Origin: Thermoanaerobaculia bacterium
GTDB taxonomy: Bacteria > Acidobacteriota > Thermoanaerobaculia > Gp7-AA8
Length of the DNA: 46,683 nt
Reading direction: 5' to 3'
NCBI GenBank assembly: GCA_049298815.1
Contig: JBAQWH010000603.1
Span: forward strand, 1 to 46,683
The notes beneath the pieces are model-generated. The model was not told where the DNA came from and searched no databases. It saw only the letters and a program-made list of their open reading frames with translations. Within the stretch, counting starts at the first letter, position 1; every line of letters starts with the position of its first letter. Positions 24,059-33,663 of this stretch are shown one piece after another. The translations under genes and the position numbers were made by a program.

Positions 24059-24454
24059 ATGTTGAGTGATCCCGTGACGTCTCTCGACTCGTTCTTCGCA
24101 GCACTCGCTGACCGGACGCGGCTGCGGCTGATCAACCTGATGGCCTGCGGCGAGATCTGCGTCTGCTACTTCGTGGCGGTCCTCGGCGAGTCGCAGCCGA
24201 AGATCTCGCGGCACCTCGCGTACCTCCGGCGGGCCGGAGTCGTGAAAGCGCGGCGCGACGGGAAGTGGATCCACTACGGCCTGGCCGAGCCGGCCGACCC
24301 GGTGAGCGCCCGAATGCTGGCGGCGCTCGTCGAGGAGCTCCGCGACGACGATTCCTTCCAGGCCGACGTAGCGGCGCTCGCCTCGGCCTGCTGTGCACCG
24401 CAGCTGGATGCGACGCTGCGCGAGGCGCCGAAGCCGGCCATGGCAGGGGCGTAG
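24059..24454 (+). CDS. ArsR/SmtB-family metalloregulator
   Basis: 'LADRTRLRLINLMACGEICVCYFVAVLGESQPKISRHLAYLRRAGVV' is a wHTH carrying the CVC metal-site motif. ATG 24059 is in frame within the longer track ORF. Confidence 0.85.
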   Translation: MLSDPVTSLDSFFAALADRTRLRLINLMACGEICVCYFVAVLGESQPKISRHLAYLRRAGVVKARRDGKWIHYGLAEPADPVSARMLAALVEELRDDDSFQADVAALASACCAPQLDATLREAPKPAMAGA

Positions 24455-24503
24455 GGGCTCGGAGTTCCTCGGGGTTCCTCGGGTTCCTCGGGGTTCCTCG
24501 GTT
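24455..24503. repeat. Tandem array of 4 x GTTCCTCGG (period 9-10)
   Basis: Copies lie at 24464, 24474, 24483 and 24493. The array fills the whole 49-nt gap between the convergent ArsR stop (TAG 24452-24454) and the FG-GAP gene stop (24504-24506). Confidence 0.9.
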
Positions 24504-27500
24504 CTACTCCATCGTGGGACGACCCTTTGCTCCGGTCCGGATGTTCAGGATGTGAGCGGTTCTCGCCTGGTGGCCGATCGTGAGCGCCGGATCCGTGTAC
24601 ACCATCACGGAAGCTCCGAGGAGGTTGCGCGCGTCGTTGAGATTGGAGCGGAGCTCGGTCACGTCCGCCGCACGGATGAGCCCTCCGACGCTGATCGCAT
24701 TCGTATACGTCGCATTCGCCAGCCCGATCGCTGCACGGACCGCGTCGACGGCTGTTCGCAGCTCGGTCATGTGAACGGCCTTGATCACGGTGGAGCCACC
24801 GATGACCAGGTCGTCGGTGAAGACGATCGTGGTGGCGAAATCGCTGTTGCTCACAGGGCCGATCGCGTTCGCACCGTTCACGGCCCGGACTTCGTAGCGA
24901 TAGGTCGTGCTCCCGTTCAAACCCGAGTCGGAAACGTAGGTGTTGGCCGTGGGAACCCCAACGGGCGAGAACGGACCGTTGTGGTCACTGCGATAGAGCT
25001 GATAGTTCACCGCGGTCGTGACCGCATCCCAGACGACGGTGATCTGCGAAGCGGACGTGGTCGTGGCCACGAGACGGGTCGGCGCAATGAGCCCGCTCGG
25101 GTTCACCGTTGCCGGGTCGCTTGCGGCGTTGTTGGCCGTGTTGATCTCGCCACCGATCGACACCGTGGCCGTGTTCGTCTCGGTCGCCGCGGCGTTGCTG
25201 CGGACGTTTGCGGTGACGGTGATGGGCGGGTAGCTCCCTGATGCGGCGAGGGCATCGCTTCGCGTGCAGGTGAGGGTCGCGAGCTCGCAGGCCCAGCCGC
25301 TTCCGGCAATCGCCGTTGCGACCAGCCCGGTGGGGAGGCTGTCGGTCACGGTGACCGTCCCGACGGTCCCGACCGGACCGGCATTGCTGGCCGTCAACGT
25401 GTACGACACGCCGGCCTGACCCTGCGTGAAGTCGCCGGTATGACTCTTGGCGATCGTCAGATCGGCACACGCGCTGAGCAGGATCGAGACATTCAACGAT
25501 TGAAAGTTGGCAACTGCCAGGTCGGGTCGCCCATCGCCGTTGAAGTCGCCCGCGGTCACGAACGTCGGCTCCTGGCCAGCGCCGTAGTTCACCGCGGTCG
25601 CGAAGGTGCCGCTCCCGCTTCCGAACAGGACCTGCACGTTGTGGGAATCGCCGCTCGCAACCGCCAGGTCCGGATTGCCGTCGCCGTTGAAGTCCTCGAT
25701 GGTCACGGAACGAGGCGTGGTGCCGACAGAGTAGAGGACTGCCGTAGCGAAGCTGCCGTCCCCGTTCCCCATCAGGATCGAGACGTAGTTGGAAAGCTGA
25801 CTGGTGGCGGCGAGATCCGGCTTGCCGTCGCCGTTGAAATCCCCGACGGCCACAGAAATGGGGGCCTGGATGATGAAATGGTCGACCTTTGCGGCGAAGG
25901 TGCCGTTGCCGTTCCCCGCCAGGATCGACACGTTGTTGGTGCCCCAGTTGGCGACCGCAAGATCGAGCTTGCCGTCGGCATTGAAATCGGCGACGGTCAG
26001 GGACATTGGACGATCGGCGACGGCATAGCTGACTGCGGCCGCGAAGGTGCCGTTCCCGTTTCCGATCAGGACCGACACGTTGTCGGATTCGGAGTTTGCG
26101 GTGGCGAGATCGAGCTTCCCGTCGCCGTTGAAGTCTTCGATGACGACGGACATCGGAGTCGCGCCGACGGCATAGTTGACCGCGGCGACGAACGTCGCAT
26201 CCCCGTTCCCGATCAGCACTGACGCGTTGCCCGAACCGGAGTTCGCGGTGACGAGATCGAGGTTCCCGTCGCCGTTGAAGTCGCCCGCTGCGACAGAACG
26301 GGGAGCATCGCCCACCGCACGACCGACTGACGAGGTGAGCGTACCGGTGCCGCTGCCGATCAGGATCGAGACGTAGTCCCACGACTCGCCCGCGGTGGCG
26401 AGGTCGAGCTTCCCGTCCTTGTTGAAGTCCCCGACGGCGATGGAAGCGAGGCTGCTGTTGACCCCGGGGTCGTAATTGACCGCCGGGGTGAACGAACCGC
26501 AGTACGGCACGCCGGGGTCGATGGTGGTCGGATCGCTCGCGACGTCGTTCGCCGTGTTGGTCTGGCCGCCGCCGGAGACGGTGGCGACGTTCGTGACGGA
26601 TGCCGGAGCGTCGCTGGCCACGTTCACCGTCACGGTGATCACCGGATGGCTCGCACCGCCGGCAAGCGCGTCGCTCCTCGTGCAGGTGAGAGTCGCGAGA
26701 ACGCAGCTCCACCCGTTGCCGCGGATCGCCGTGGCCGTGAGTCCTGCCGGAAGCGTGTCGACCATCGTGACGGTGCCGCTCGTCGCTGCTCCCCCTGCAT
26801 TGCGCACCGCGATCGAGTAGTTCCTGCTGGTCTGTCTCTGCTTGAAGTTGCCGGCGTGACTCTTCGTGACCGCGAGATCGGGCACCTGAACGACGGTGGT
26901 CGGATCGGTCGCAGTGTCGTTCGCCGTGTAGTTCTGCGAGCCGCCGGCGACGGCGACGCTGTTGGTCACCGTGGACGCGGCGGTCGTTGCGACGTCGACG
27001 GTGAGCGTGATCGCCGGATAGCTGCTTCCGGATGCGAGGGCGTTGCTCCTCGTGCAGCTGCGCGTGCCGAGCGTGCAGACCCAGCCGTCTCCGCTGATCG
27101 CAGTCGCGGTCAGGCCGGCAGGCAGCGTGTCGGTGACGGTCACCGGGCCGGACGAGGCGACTCCTCCAATGTTGGTGACGGTGATCGTGTACGAGGCGCC
27201 CACCTGTCCCTGTGTGAAGTTGCCGGTGTGCGTCTTCGTGACAGTCATGTCGGCGAACTGATTGACGTTCGTCAGCACCGACGCGGTGTCGTTCGCGGTA
27301 TTGGCCTGACTGCCACCCGAGACCGCGGACGTGACCGTGACCGTTGCCGGGGCGTTGCTCGCCACATTGACTTCGAGAGTGATCGACTCATACCCGCTGT
27401 TGCCCGCCAGTGAGTCGCTCCGCCTGCACGTGAGTGTGGCGAGGGTGCAATCCCAATTCGTCCCGCTGATACCCGTCGCCGTGAGACCGGCCGGCAGCGT

Positions 27501-29870
27501 GGCGGTCGCGGTCACCCTCCCCGTCGTCGCGATGGCCAGGGCGTTGGTCACGAAGATCCAGTAGCCACCCGACCCTCCCTGATTGAGGCCTCCGACATTC
27601 TGAATGCTGAGCGTCAGGTCCGGCGGCGGGCAGCTGTTGAGCACGACGGAGGTGTTCGTCGAGCTGCCGTTGTTCGCACTGGCGAGGTCGAGCTTTCCGT
27701 CGAGGTTCAGATCCACGGCGGCAAGCGACGACAGCGTCTGCGCAGCGTCCTGCGTGATGGGAGACGCGGCTGCGAACCCGCCGCTCCCGTCGCCGCGAAG
27801 CATCGACAGCGTGCCTACGTTGCCGACCGCGAGGTCGAGCTTCCCGTCGTTGTCGAAGTCGGCAATCGTGATGGCGGAAGGGCTCGTGCCGGCGGACGTG
27901 TTGCTGGCTGCCGCGAAGCCGCCGCTCCCGTTGCCCAGCAGGATCGAGACGTTGTTCGAAACGGAGTTGGAGACGGCGAGATCGAGCTTCCCGTCGCGGT
28001 TGAAATCGCCCGCCTCGACGGCCCTCGGGCCGACGTCGGTGGCCACGCTGCCGATCGACAGGAAGGAACCGCTCCCGTCTCCCTGCAGGATCATCACGGA
28101 GCCGGCATTCGTCCCGTCACCGTAGACGGCGAAGGCGAGATCGAGCTTCCCGTCGCGATCGAAGTCTCCCGTCGCGATCCCTCTCTGCAGGGAGGCGAGG
28201 GACGCGATGGCAGACGAGTTAAAGCTCGGCGTGCCGGATCCGAGCGCGGTGGTGTTGAGCAGGATGGCAACGCCTTGCGTGACTCCGCAGGTGACGGCAA
28301 CGTCGGGCTTCCCGTCGCGGTTGAAGTCCCCGACGACGAGCGCCTGCGGCCCCGACTCGGTCACGGGGATCGCGATGCTGGTGGCCGATCCGAAGCCTCC
28401 GATCCCGTCGCCGAGGAGGATGGAGACGCTGTCCGAGGATTCGTTGGCGACCGCGAGGTCCGGCTTCCCATCGCGATTGAAGTCGGCGACCTCGACTCCC
28501 ACCGGGTTCGTGCCGACTGCATGGTCGGTCGGCGATCCGAGGCTGCCGGAGCCGTTTCCGAGGAGGACGGAAACTTTGGATCCTCCGATCACGACCGCGA
28601 GATCGGGCTTTCCGTCGCGGTCGAAATCGGCAGACGCCACCGACTTGCCGTCGAAGCCGCCGAAGGTGGATCCGAAGTTCGTTGCGGAGCCGAACGTCGC
28701 GCAGTTCGCATGGCAGGCACCGTCGTTGAGCAGGATGGCGACGCCGGCCGCATTCGGGACCGCGAGGTCGGTCTTGCCATCGCCGTCGAAGTCGCTCGTG
28801 GCGATCGCCTGCGGAGTGGTGCCGGCCGCGTAGTTGTGCGCCGCCGCAAAGGTGCCGCTCCCGCTGCCGATCAGGATCGAGGCGTTGTTGGAGCTGCTGT
28901 TCGCGACCGCCAGATCGGTTTTGCCGTCGCGGTTGAAATCGCCGACGGACACCCCGCTCGGCGCGGTGCCGGCCGGATAGTTCACCGCCGCCGCGAAGGT
29001 GCCGCTGCCGCTGCCGATCAGGATGGAGACGCTGTTCGAGCCATAGTTCGCGACCGCGAGGTCGCTGCTGCCGTCGCCGTTGAAATCGCCGATGGCAACG
29101 GACCAAGGGTTGAACGCCGTGGCGTAGCTGACGGCCGCCGGGAAGGTCCCGTTTCCGTTCCCGAGGAGGATCGAAACGGTGTTCGGAGCGTAGTTGGCGA
29201 CCGCGAGGTCGGCCTTCCCGTCGCCGTTGAAATCGCCGATGGCAAGAGCCGCCGCCTCGAGACCGGCGGTGTAGTTGACCGCCGTCGCGAAGGTGCCGCT
29301 TCCGTTCGCAAGCAGAATCGAGACGTCGCCGGAGCCCGAGTTCGCGACTGCGAGATCGAGCCTCCCGTCGCGGTCGAAGTCTCCGGTGGCGACGAACCTG
29401 GGAGCGGTGTGAACTCCGTAGGTATTCGTGTTGGTGAAGCCACCACTCCCGTTGCCCTGCAGGATCGACACGGTGTCGGCCGTGTTGTTGGCGACGGCGA
29501 GATCGAGCAGACCGTCTCCGTTGAAGTCGCCCGCGGCAACGGAGGCCGGAGCGGTTCCGGTGGCAACGGTCGATGGCGCGCCGAACGTCCCGCCGGGCCC
29601 TCCCGCGAGGATGGCCACGTTGTTCGCCTGGGGGTTCGCGATCGCGAGATCACCTCTCCCGTCGCCGTTGAAGTCGCCGACCGTGACCGAGGCGGGGCTG
29701 GTCCCGGCGGGGTAGGTCGCCGCCGCCGCAAAATCGGGACAGCCTGCTCGAGCGGCCGGCGCGAGGATCAGCAGCGCGAAGACGACGGCCGGAATCCGCG
29801 CACTGCGCAGAGACGGCGGGACTAGAGGATTCAGGGAAGTAACAGGGACGACGAAGGGGCGACGAGACAT
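24504..29870 (-). CDS. Giant secreted FG-GAP/VCBS-repeat protein with DUF11-like modules and a C-terminal FN3 domain
   Basis: It has a signal peptide ('IPAVVFALLILAPAARA') and dozens of 'GDFNGDGK.DLAVAN...VSILLGNG.G.F' repeats. Four 'LPAGLTATAISG.GW.C...C.RSDALA' modules are present, plus an FN3-like 'ITVVWDAVTTAVNYQLYRS...YRYEVRAVN'. Confidence 0.9.
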   Translation of the reverse strand: MSRRPFVVPVTSLNPLVPPSLRSARIPAVVFALLILAPAARAGCPDFAAAATYPAGTSPASVTVGDFNGDGRGDLAIANPQANNVAILAGGPGGTFGAPSTVATGTAPASVAAGDFNGDGLLDLAVANNTADTVSILQGNGSGGFTNTNTYGVHTAPRFVATGDFDRDGRLDLAVANSGSGDVSILLANGSGTFATAVNYTAGLEAAALAIGDFNGDGKADLAVANYAPNTVSILLGNGNGTFPAAVSYATAFNPWSVAIGDFNGDGSSDLAVANYGSNSVSILIGSGSGTFAAAVNYPAGTAPSGVSVGDFNRDGKTDLAVANSSSNNASILIGSGSGTFAAAHNYAAGTTPQAIATSDFDGDGKTDLAVPNAAGVAILLNDGACHANCATFGSATNFGSTFGGFDGKSVASADFDRDGKPDLAVVIGGSKVSVLLGNGSGSLGSPTDHAVGTNPVGVEVADFNRDGKPDLAVANESSDSVSILLGDGIGGFGSATSIAIPVTESGPQALVVGDFNRDGKPDVAVTCGVTQGVAILLNTTALGSGTPSFNSSAIASLASLQRGIATGDFDRDGKLDLAFAVYGDGTNAGSVMILQGDGSGSFLSIGSVATDVGPRAVEAGDFNRDGKLDLAVSNSVSNNVSILLGNGSGGFAAASNTSAGTSPSAITIADFDNDGKLDLAVGNVGTLSMLRGDGSGGFAAASPITQDAAQTLSSLAAVDLNLDGKLDLASANNGSSTNTSVVLNSCPPPDLTLSIQNVGGLNQGGSGGYWIFVTNALAIATTGRVTATATLPAGLTATGISGTNWDCTLATLTCRRSDSLAGNSGYESITLEVNVASNAPATVTVTSAVSGGSQANTANDTASVLTNVNQFADMTVTKTHTGNFTQGQVGASYTITVTNIGGVASSGPVTVTDTLPAGLTATAISGDGWVCTLGTRSCTRSNALASGSSYPAITLTVDVATTAASTVTNSVAVAGGSQNYTANDTATDPTTVVQVPDLAVTKSHAGNFKQRQTSRNYSIAVRNAGGAATSGTVTMVDTLPAGLTATAIRGNGWSCVLATLTCTRSDALAGGASHPVITVTVNVASDAPASVTNVATVSGGGQTNTANDVASDPTTIDPGVPYCGSFTPAVNYDPGVNSSLASIAVGDFNKDGKLDLATAGESWDYVSILIGSGTGTLTSSVGRAVGDAPRSVAAGDFNGDGNLDLVTANSGSGNASVLIGNGDATFVAAVNYAVGATPMSVVIEDFNGDGKLDLATANSESDNVSVLIGNGNGTFAAAVSYAVADRPMSLTVADFNADGKLDLAVANWGTNNVSILAGNGNGTFAAKVDHFIIQAPISVAVGDFNGDGKPDLAATSQLSNYVSILMGNGDGSFATAVLYSVGTTPRSVTIEDFNGDGNPDLAVASGDSHNVQVLFGSGSGTFATAVNYGAGQEPTFVTAGDFNGDGRPDLAVANFQSLNVSILLSACADLTIAKSHTGDFTQGQAGVSYTLTASNAGPVGTVGTVTVTDSLPTGLVATAIAGSGWACELATLTCTRSDALAASGSYPPITVTANVRSNAAATETNTATVSIGGEINTANNAASDPATVNPSGLIAPTRLVATTTSASQITVVWDAVTTAVNYQLYRSDHNGPFSPVGVPTANTYVSDSGLNGSTTYRYEVRAVNGANAIGPVSNSDFATTIVFTDDLVIGGSTVIKAVHMTELRTAVDAVRAAIGLANATYTNAISVGGLIRAADVTELRSNLNDARNLLGASVMVYTDPALTIGHQARTAHILNIRTGAKGRPTME

Positions 29871-30070
29871 GACGCTGAACTCCGGAGGCAGGCCGCCCCC
29901 CTGTAATGCGTTCTGCCCCTGGCTGCCGCTCAGCGGTCGAGCAAACCGCGATTCCCAATCACAGTGACGATGTGATGGATGCTACGTGGTTTCCGGAATG
30001 CGGCTGTGGGGCAAGTCACACAATCAACCCTTTGGGGAGTAGGACTTAGCCGATGCGGCTCCGGGGGATG

Positions 30071-30154
30071 GGGGCTCGGTTCCTCGGGGTTCCTCGGGGG
30101 TTCCTCGGGGTTCCACGGGGTTCCTCGGTCCCTTGGTCCCTCGGTCCCTCGGGG
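30071..30154. repeat. Tandem array of GTTCCTCGG units grading into GTCCCTCGG units (left arm)
   Basis: Copies lie at 30079, 30089, 30100, 30110 (variant) and 30120, followed by GTCCCTTGG and GTCCCTCGG units. The unit, orientation and 'GGGGCTCGG' lead-in match the array at 24455-24503. Confidence 0.9.
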
Positions 30155-30216
30155 AATCTGCTTCCCAAGGGACTGCCTTCTTCCGGCTCGCGGGGTGAAG
30201 ACGAAGAGCGGCGCAG

Positions 30217-30277
30217 CCGAGGAGCCAACGAGGAACCGAGGAACCGAGGAACCCGAGGAACCCGAGGAACCCCAAGG
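30217..30277. repeat. Inverted tandem array of CCGAGGAAC units (right arm)
   Basis: About five or six CCGAGGAAC copies (30228-30270). This is the reverse complement of the left-arm unit, so the two arms could pair as a long imperfect stem around a ~60-nt spacer. Confidence 0.9.
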
Positions 30278-30279
30278 CA

Positions 30280-30308
30280 CCCCCCCCCGCCCGCCCCGCC
30301 CCGCCCGC
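30280..30308. repeat. C9 homopolymer plus CCCGCC repeats (G-run-rich on the minus strand)
   Basis: The sequence is 'CCCCCCCCCGCCCGCCCCGCCCCGCCCGC'. On the minus strand it has at least four G3+ runs. It sits ~150 nt upstream of the oxidoreductase start codon. Confidence 0.85.
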
Positions 30309-30318
30309 AGCTTCTCTC

Positions 30319-30332
30319 GTGACACGTGTCAC
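30319..30332. promoter_or_regulatory. Perfect 14-bp palindrome GTGACACGTGTCAC (candidate operator)
   Basis: The sequence is self-complementary and lies 122 nt upstream of the oxidoreductase ATG (30454), in the divergent intergenic region. Confidence 0.35.
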
Positions 30333-30453
30333 ATCCTCCTGTGCGAGACGTCTTTGTTCCCCCTTCGCTCCCGACCTATCGTCAGGGTCGCCGAGGCAGC
30401 GCACACGCACGGCATCCCACCACCTGCGCTGGCCTCCCACGAGAGGATCGCGA

Positions 30454-31877
30454 ATGACGACGACCACCCCGACACCGCCGCGTAAAGAACGGCCTAAACC
30501 GTTCCTCGTCGATCACTTCTGCAAAGGCTGCGGACGGTGCATCGACTCGTGCAACAAACACTGCATCACGCCCGGAACGGAGATCGACCCGCTGACCGGA
30601 CTGATCCCGGTCCAGCTCGACCTCGACGCCTGCAACGGCTGCGGTCTGTGCATCTCCGCGTGCCCCGAGCCGTACGGCCTGCGGCCGCGCTCCGAGGCGA
30701 TCTCGCCGGAAGAGTACGAGCTGCAGGACCCGACCAAGCTCTTCGGCTCGAGGGAGTCGACGGCGCCGGTGCCGGTGACGATCCCCGACGTGATGGTGCC
30801 GCTGCCGAAGCTCGAGCCGCTGGTCATCAAGGGGAACTACGCGTCGGCGGTCGGTGCGCTGCTCGCGGGTTGCCGCCACTTCTTCGGCTACCCGATCACG
30901 CCGTCGACGGAAGGGGCCGAGCTGATGGCGAAGCTGCTGCCGAAGCTCGACGGTGTCTTCCTGCAGGCGGTGAGCGAGGTCGCGACGGTCAACATCATGT
31001 ACGGCGCCGGCGGCGCCGGGATGCGCGCGATGACGTTCACGTCGTCGCCGGGATTCAGCCTGATGCTCGAAGGGATCAGCTACATGATCGGCTCCGAGGT
31101 CCCGGGCGTCTTCGTGAACGTGATGCGCGGCGGCCCTGGCCTGGGCAACATCGCGCCTGAGCAGTCGGACGTGAAGCTGGCGACGCGCGGACTCGGCCAC
31201 GGCAACACGCAGGCGATCTGCCTGTCGCCGTCGACGCCGCAGGAGATGCTCGACCTGACGATGCTCGCGTTCGAGCTGACCTTCAAGTACCGCAACCCGG
31301 TGATCATCCTCAGCGACGGCTACCTCGGCCAGATGACCGGTAAGGTCACGCTGCCCGAAGCGATGGTGAAGCCGGGCATCCCGGATTGGGCGGTCTACGG
31401 CGACGCGATGCACCGCGGGAACCTGATCTGCTCGATCTACCTCGCGGAGAACGACCTCGAGGCGCACAACGTGATGCTCAACGAGAAGTACGCGCGGATG
31501 ACTGCGAACGAGCAGCGCGCGGACCTCTTCCAGACCGACGACGCCGACGTGCTGATCGTGGCGTGCAACACGCCGGGACGCATCGCCAAGGGGGCGGTCG
31601 AGGAGCTTCGGAAGGAAGGGATCAAGGCGGGGCTGTTCCGCCCGGTCACTGTCTGGCCGTTCCCGATCGACCTGCTCCGCGAGCCGGTGAGCCGTGCGAA
31701 GCGGATCATCGTGGTCGAAGCGAGCAACGGACAGCTCGAGGATGAGATCCGGATCGCGCTCTCGAAGGCAGGGATCAGGAACTACCCCGAGCTCGAGCAC
31801 GTCCGCCGGTTCGGCGGCAACCTCCCCGGCCTCGACGAGATCATCGCCAAAGTGAAGTCAGGAATCGAGGTGGTGGC

Positions 31878-31881
<4 letters not shown>
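30454..31881 (+). CDS. 2-oxoacid:ferredoxin oxidoreductase alpha subunit with an N-terminal 2x[4Fe-4S] ferredoxin domain
   Basis: 'CKGCGRCIDSC' and 'CNGCGLCISACP' are followed by the POR-alpha core 'GNYASAVGALLAGCRHFFGYPITPSTE'. ATG 30454 is preceded by GAGAGGA. The upstream part of the track ORF covers the palindrome and looks non-coding. Confidence 0.85.
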
Positions 31882-33308
<1,427 letters not shown>

Positions 33309-33332
33309 GTTCCGGACCAGCGGCTTCGATCG

Positions 33333-33366
33333 ACGGGCGGCCCCAAAGGCCGCCCGTTTTGTTTTT
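33333..33366 (+). terminator. Rho-independent terminator after the oxidoreductase operon
   Basis: ACGGGCGGCC-CCAAA-GGCCGCCCGT followed by TTTTGTTTTT. Confidence 0.8.
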
Positions 33367-33502
33367 CCGGAGAGCGGACTTCAGTCCGCGCGTGCCGGAC
33401 TTCAGTCCGGCACGGGTGGTGTGATGGGCGGTAAGGAGCGTGTCGCCATCACCGCGGTCGGACTGAAGTCCGACCGCGGTCGGACTGAAGTCCGCTCTCC
33501 GG
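33367..33502. repeat. REPIN: two REP doublets in inverted orientation (GGACTNNAGTCC palindromes)
   Basis: The left arm is CCGGAGAGCGGACTTCAGTCCGC...GCCGGACTTCAGTCCGGC (33367-33411). The right arm contains CGGTCGGACTGAAGTCCGACCG and ends in CGGACTGAAGTCCGCTCTCCGG (33457-33502). The outer 22 nt are exact reverse complements. Confidence 0.9.
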
Positions 33503-33663
33503 CGGCGCCGGCGAGATGCCCGCCGTCCAGGCACACAGCGCCGTGTCGTCGTCCCACACCCCCGCCTGTGACATTCGTCCCTATACGGGGTGCATGCCGA
33601 GGCCTATCGTGAGGCTCACGTTCTCTCCACCGGGAGTGTCCTTTCCATAACTCGAGGGAGGCT

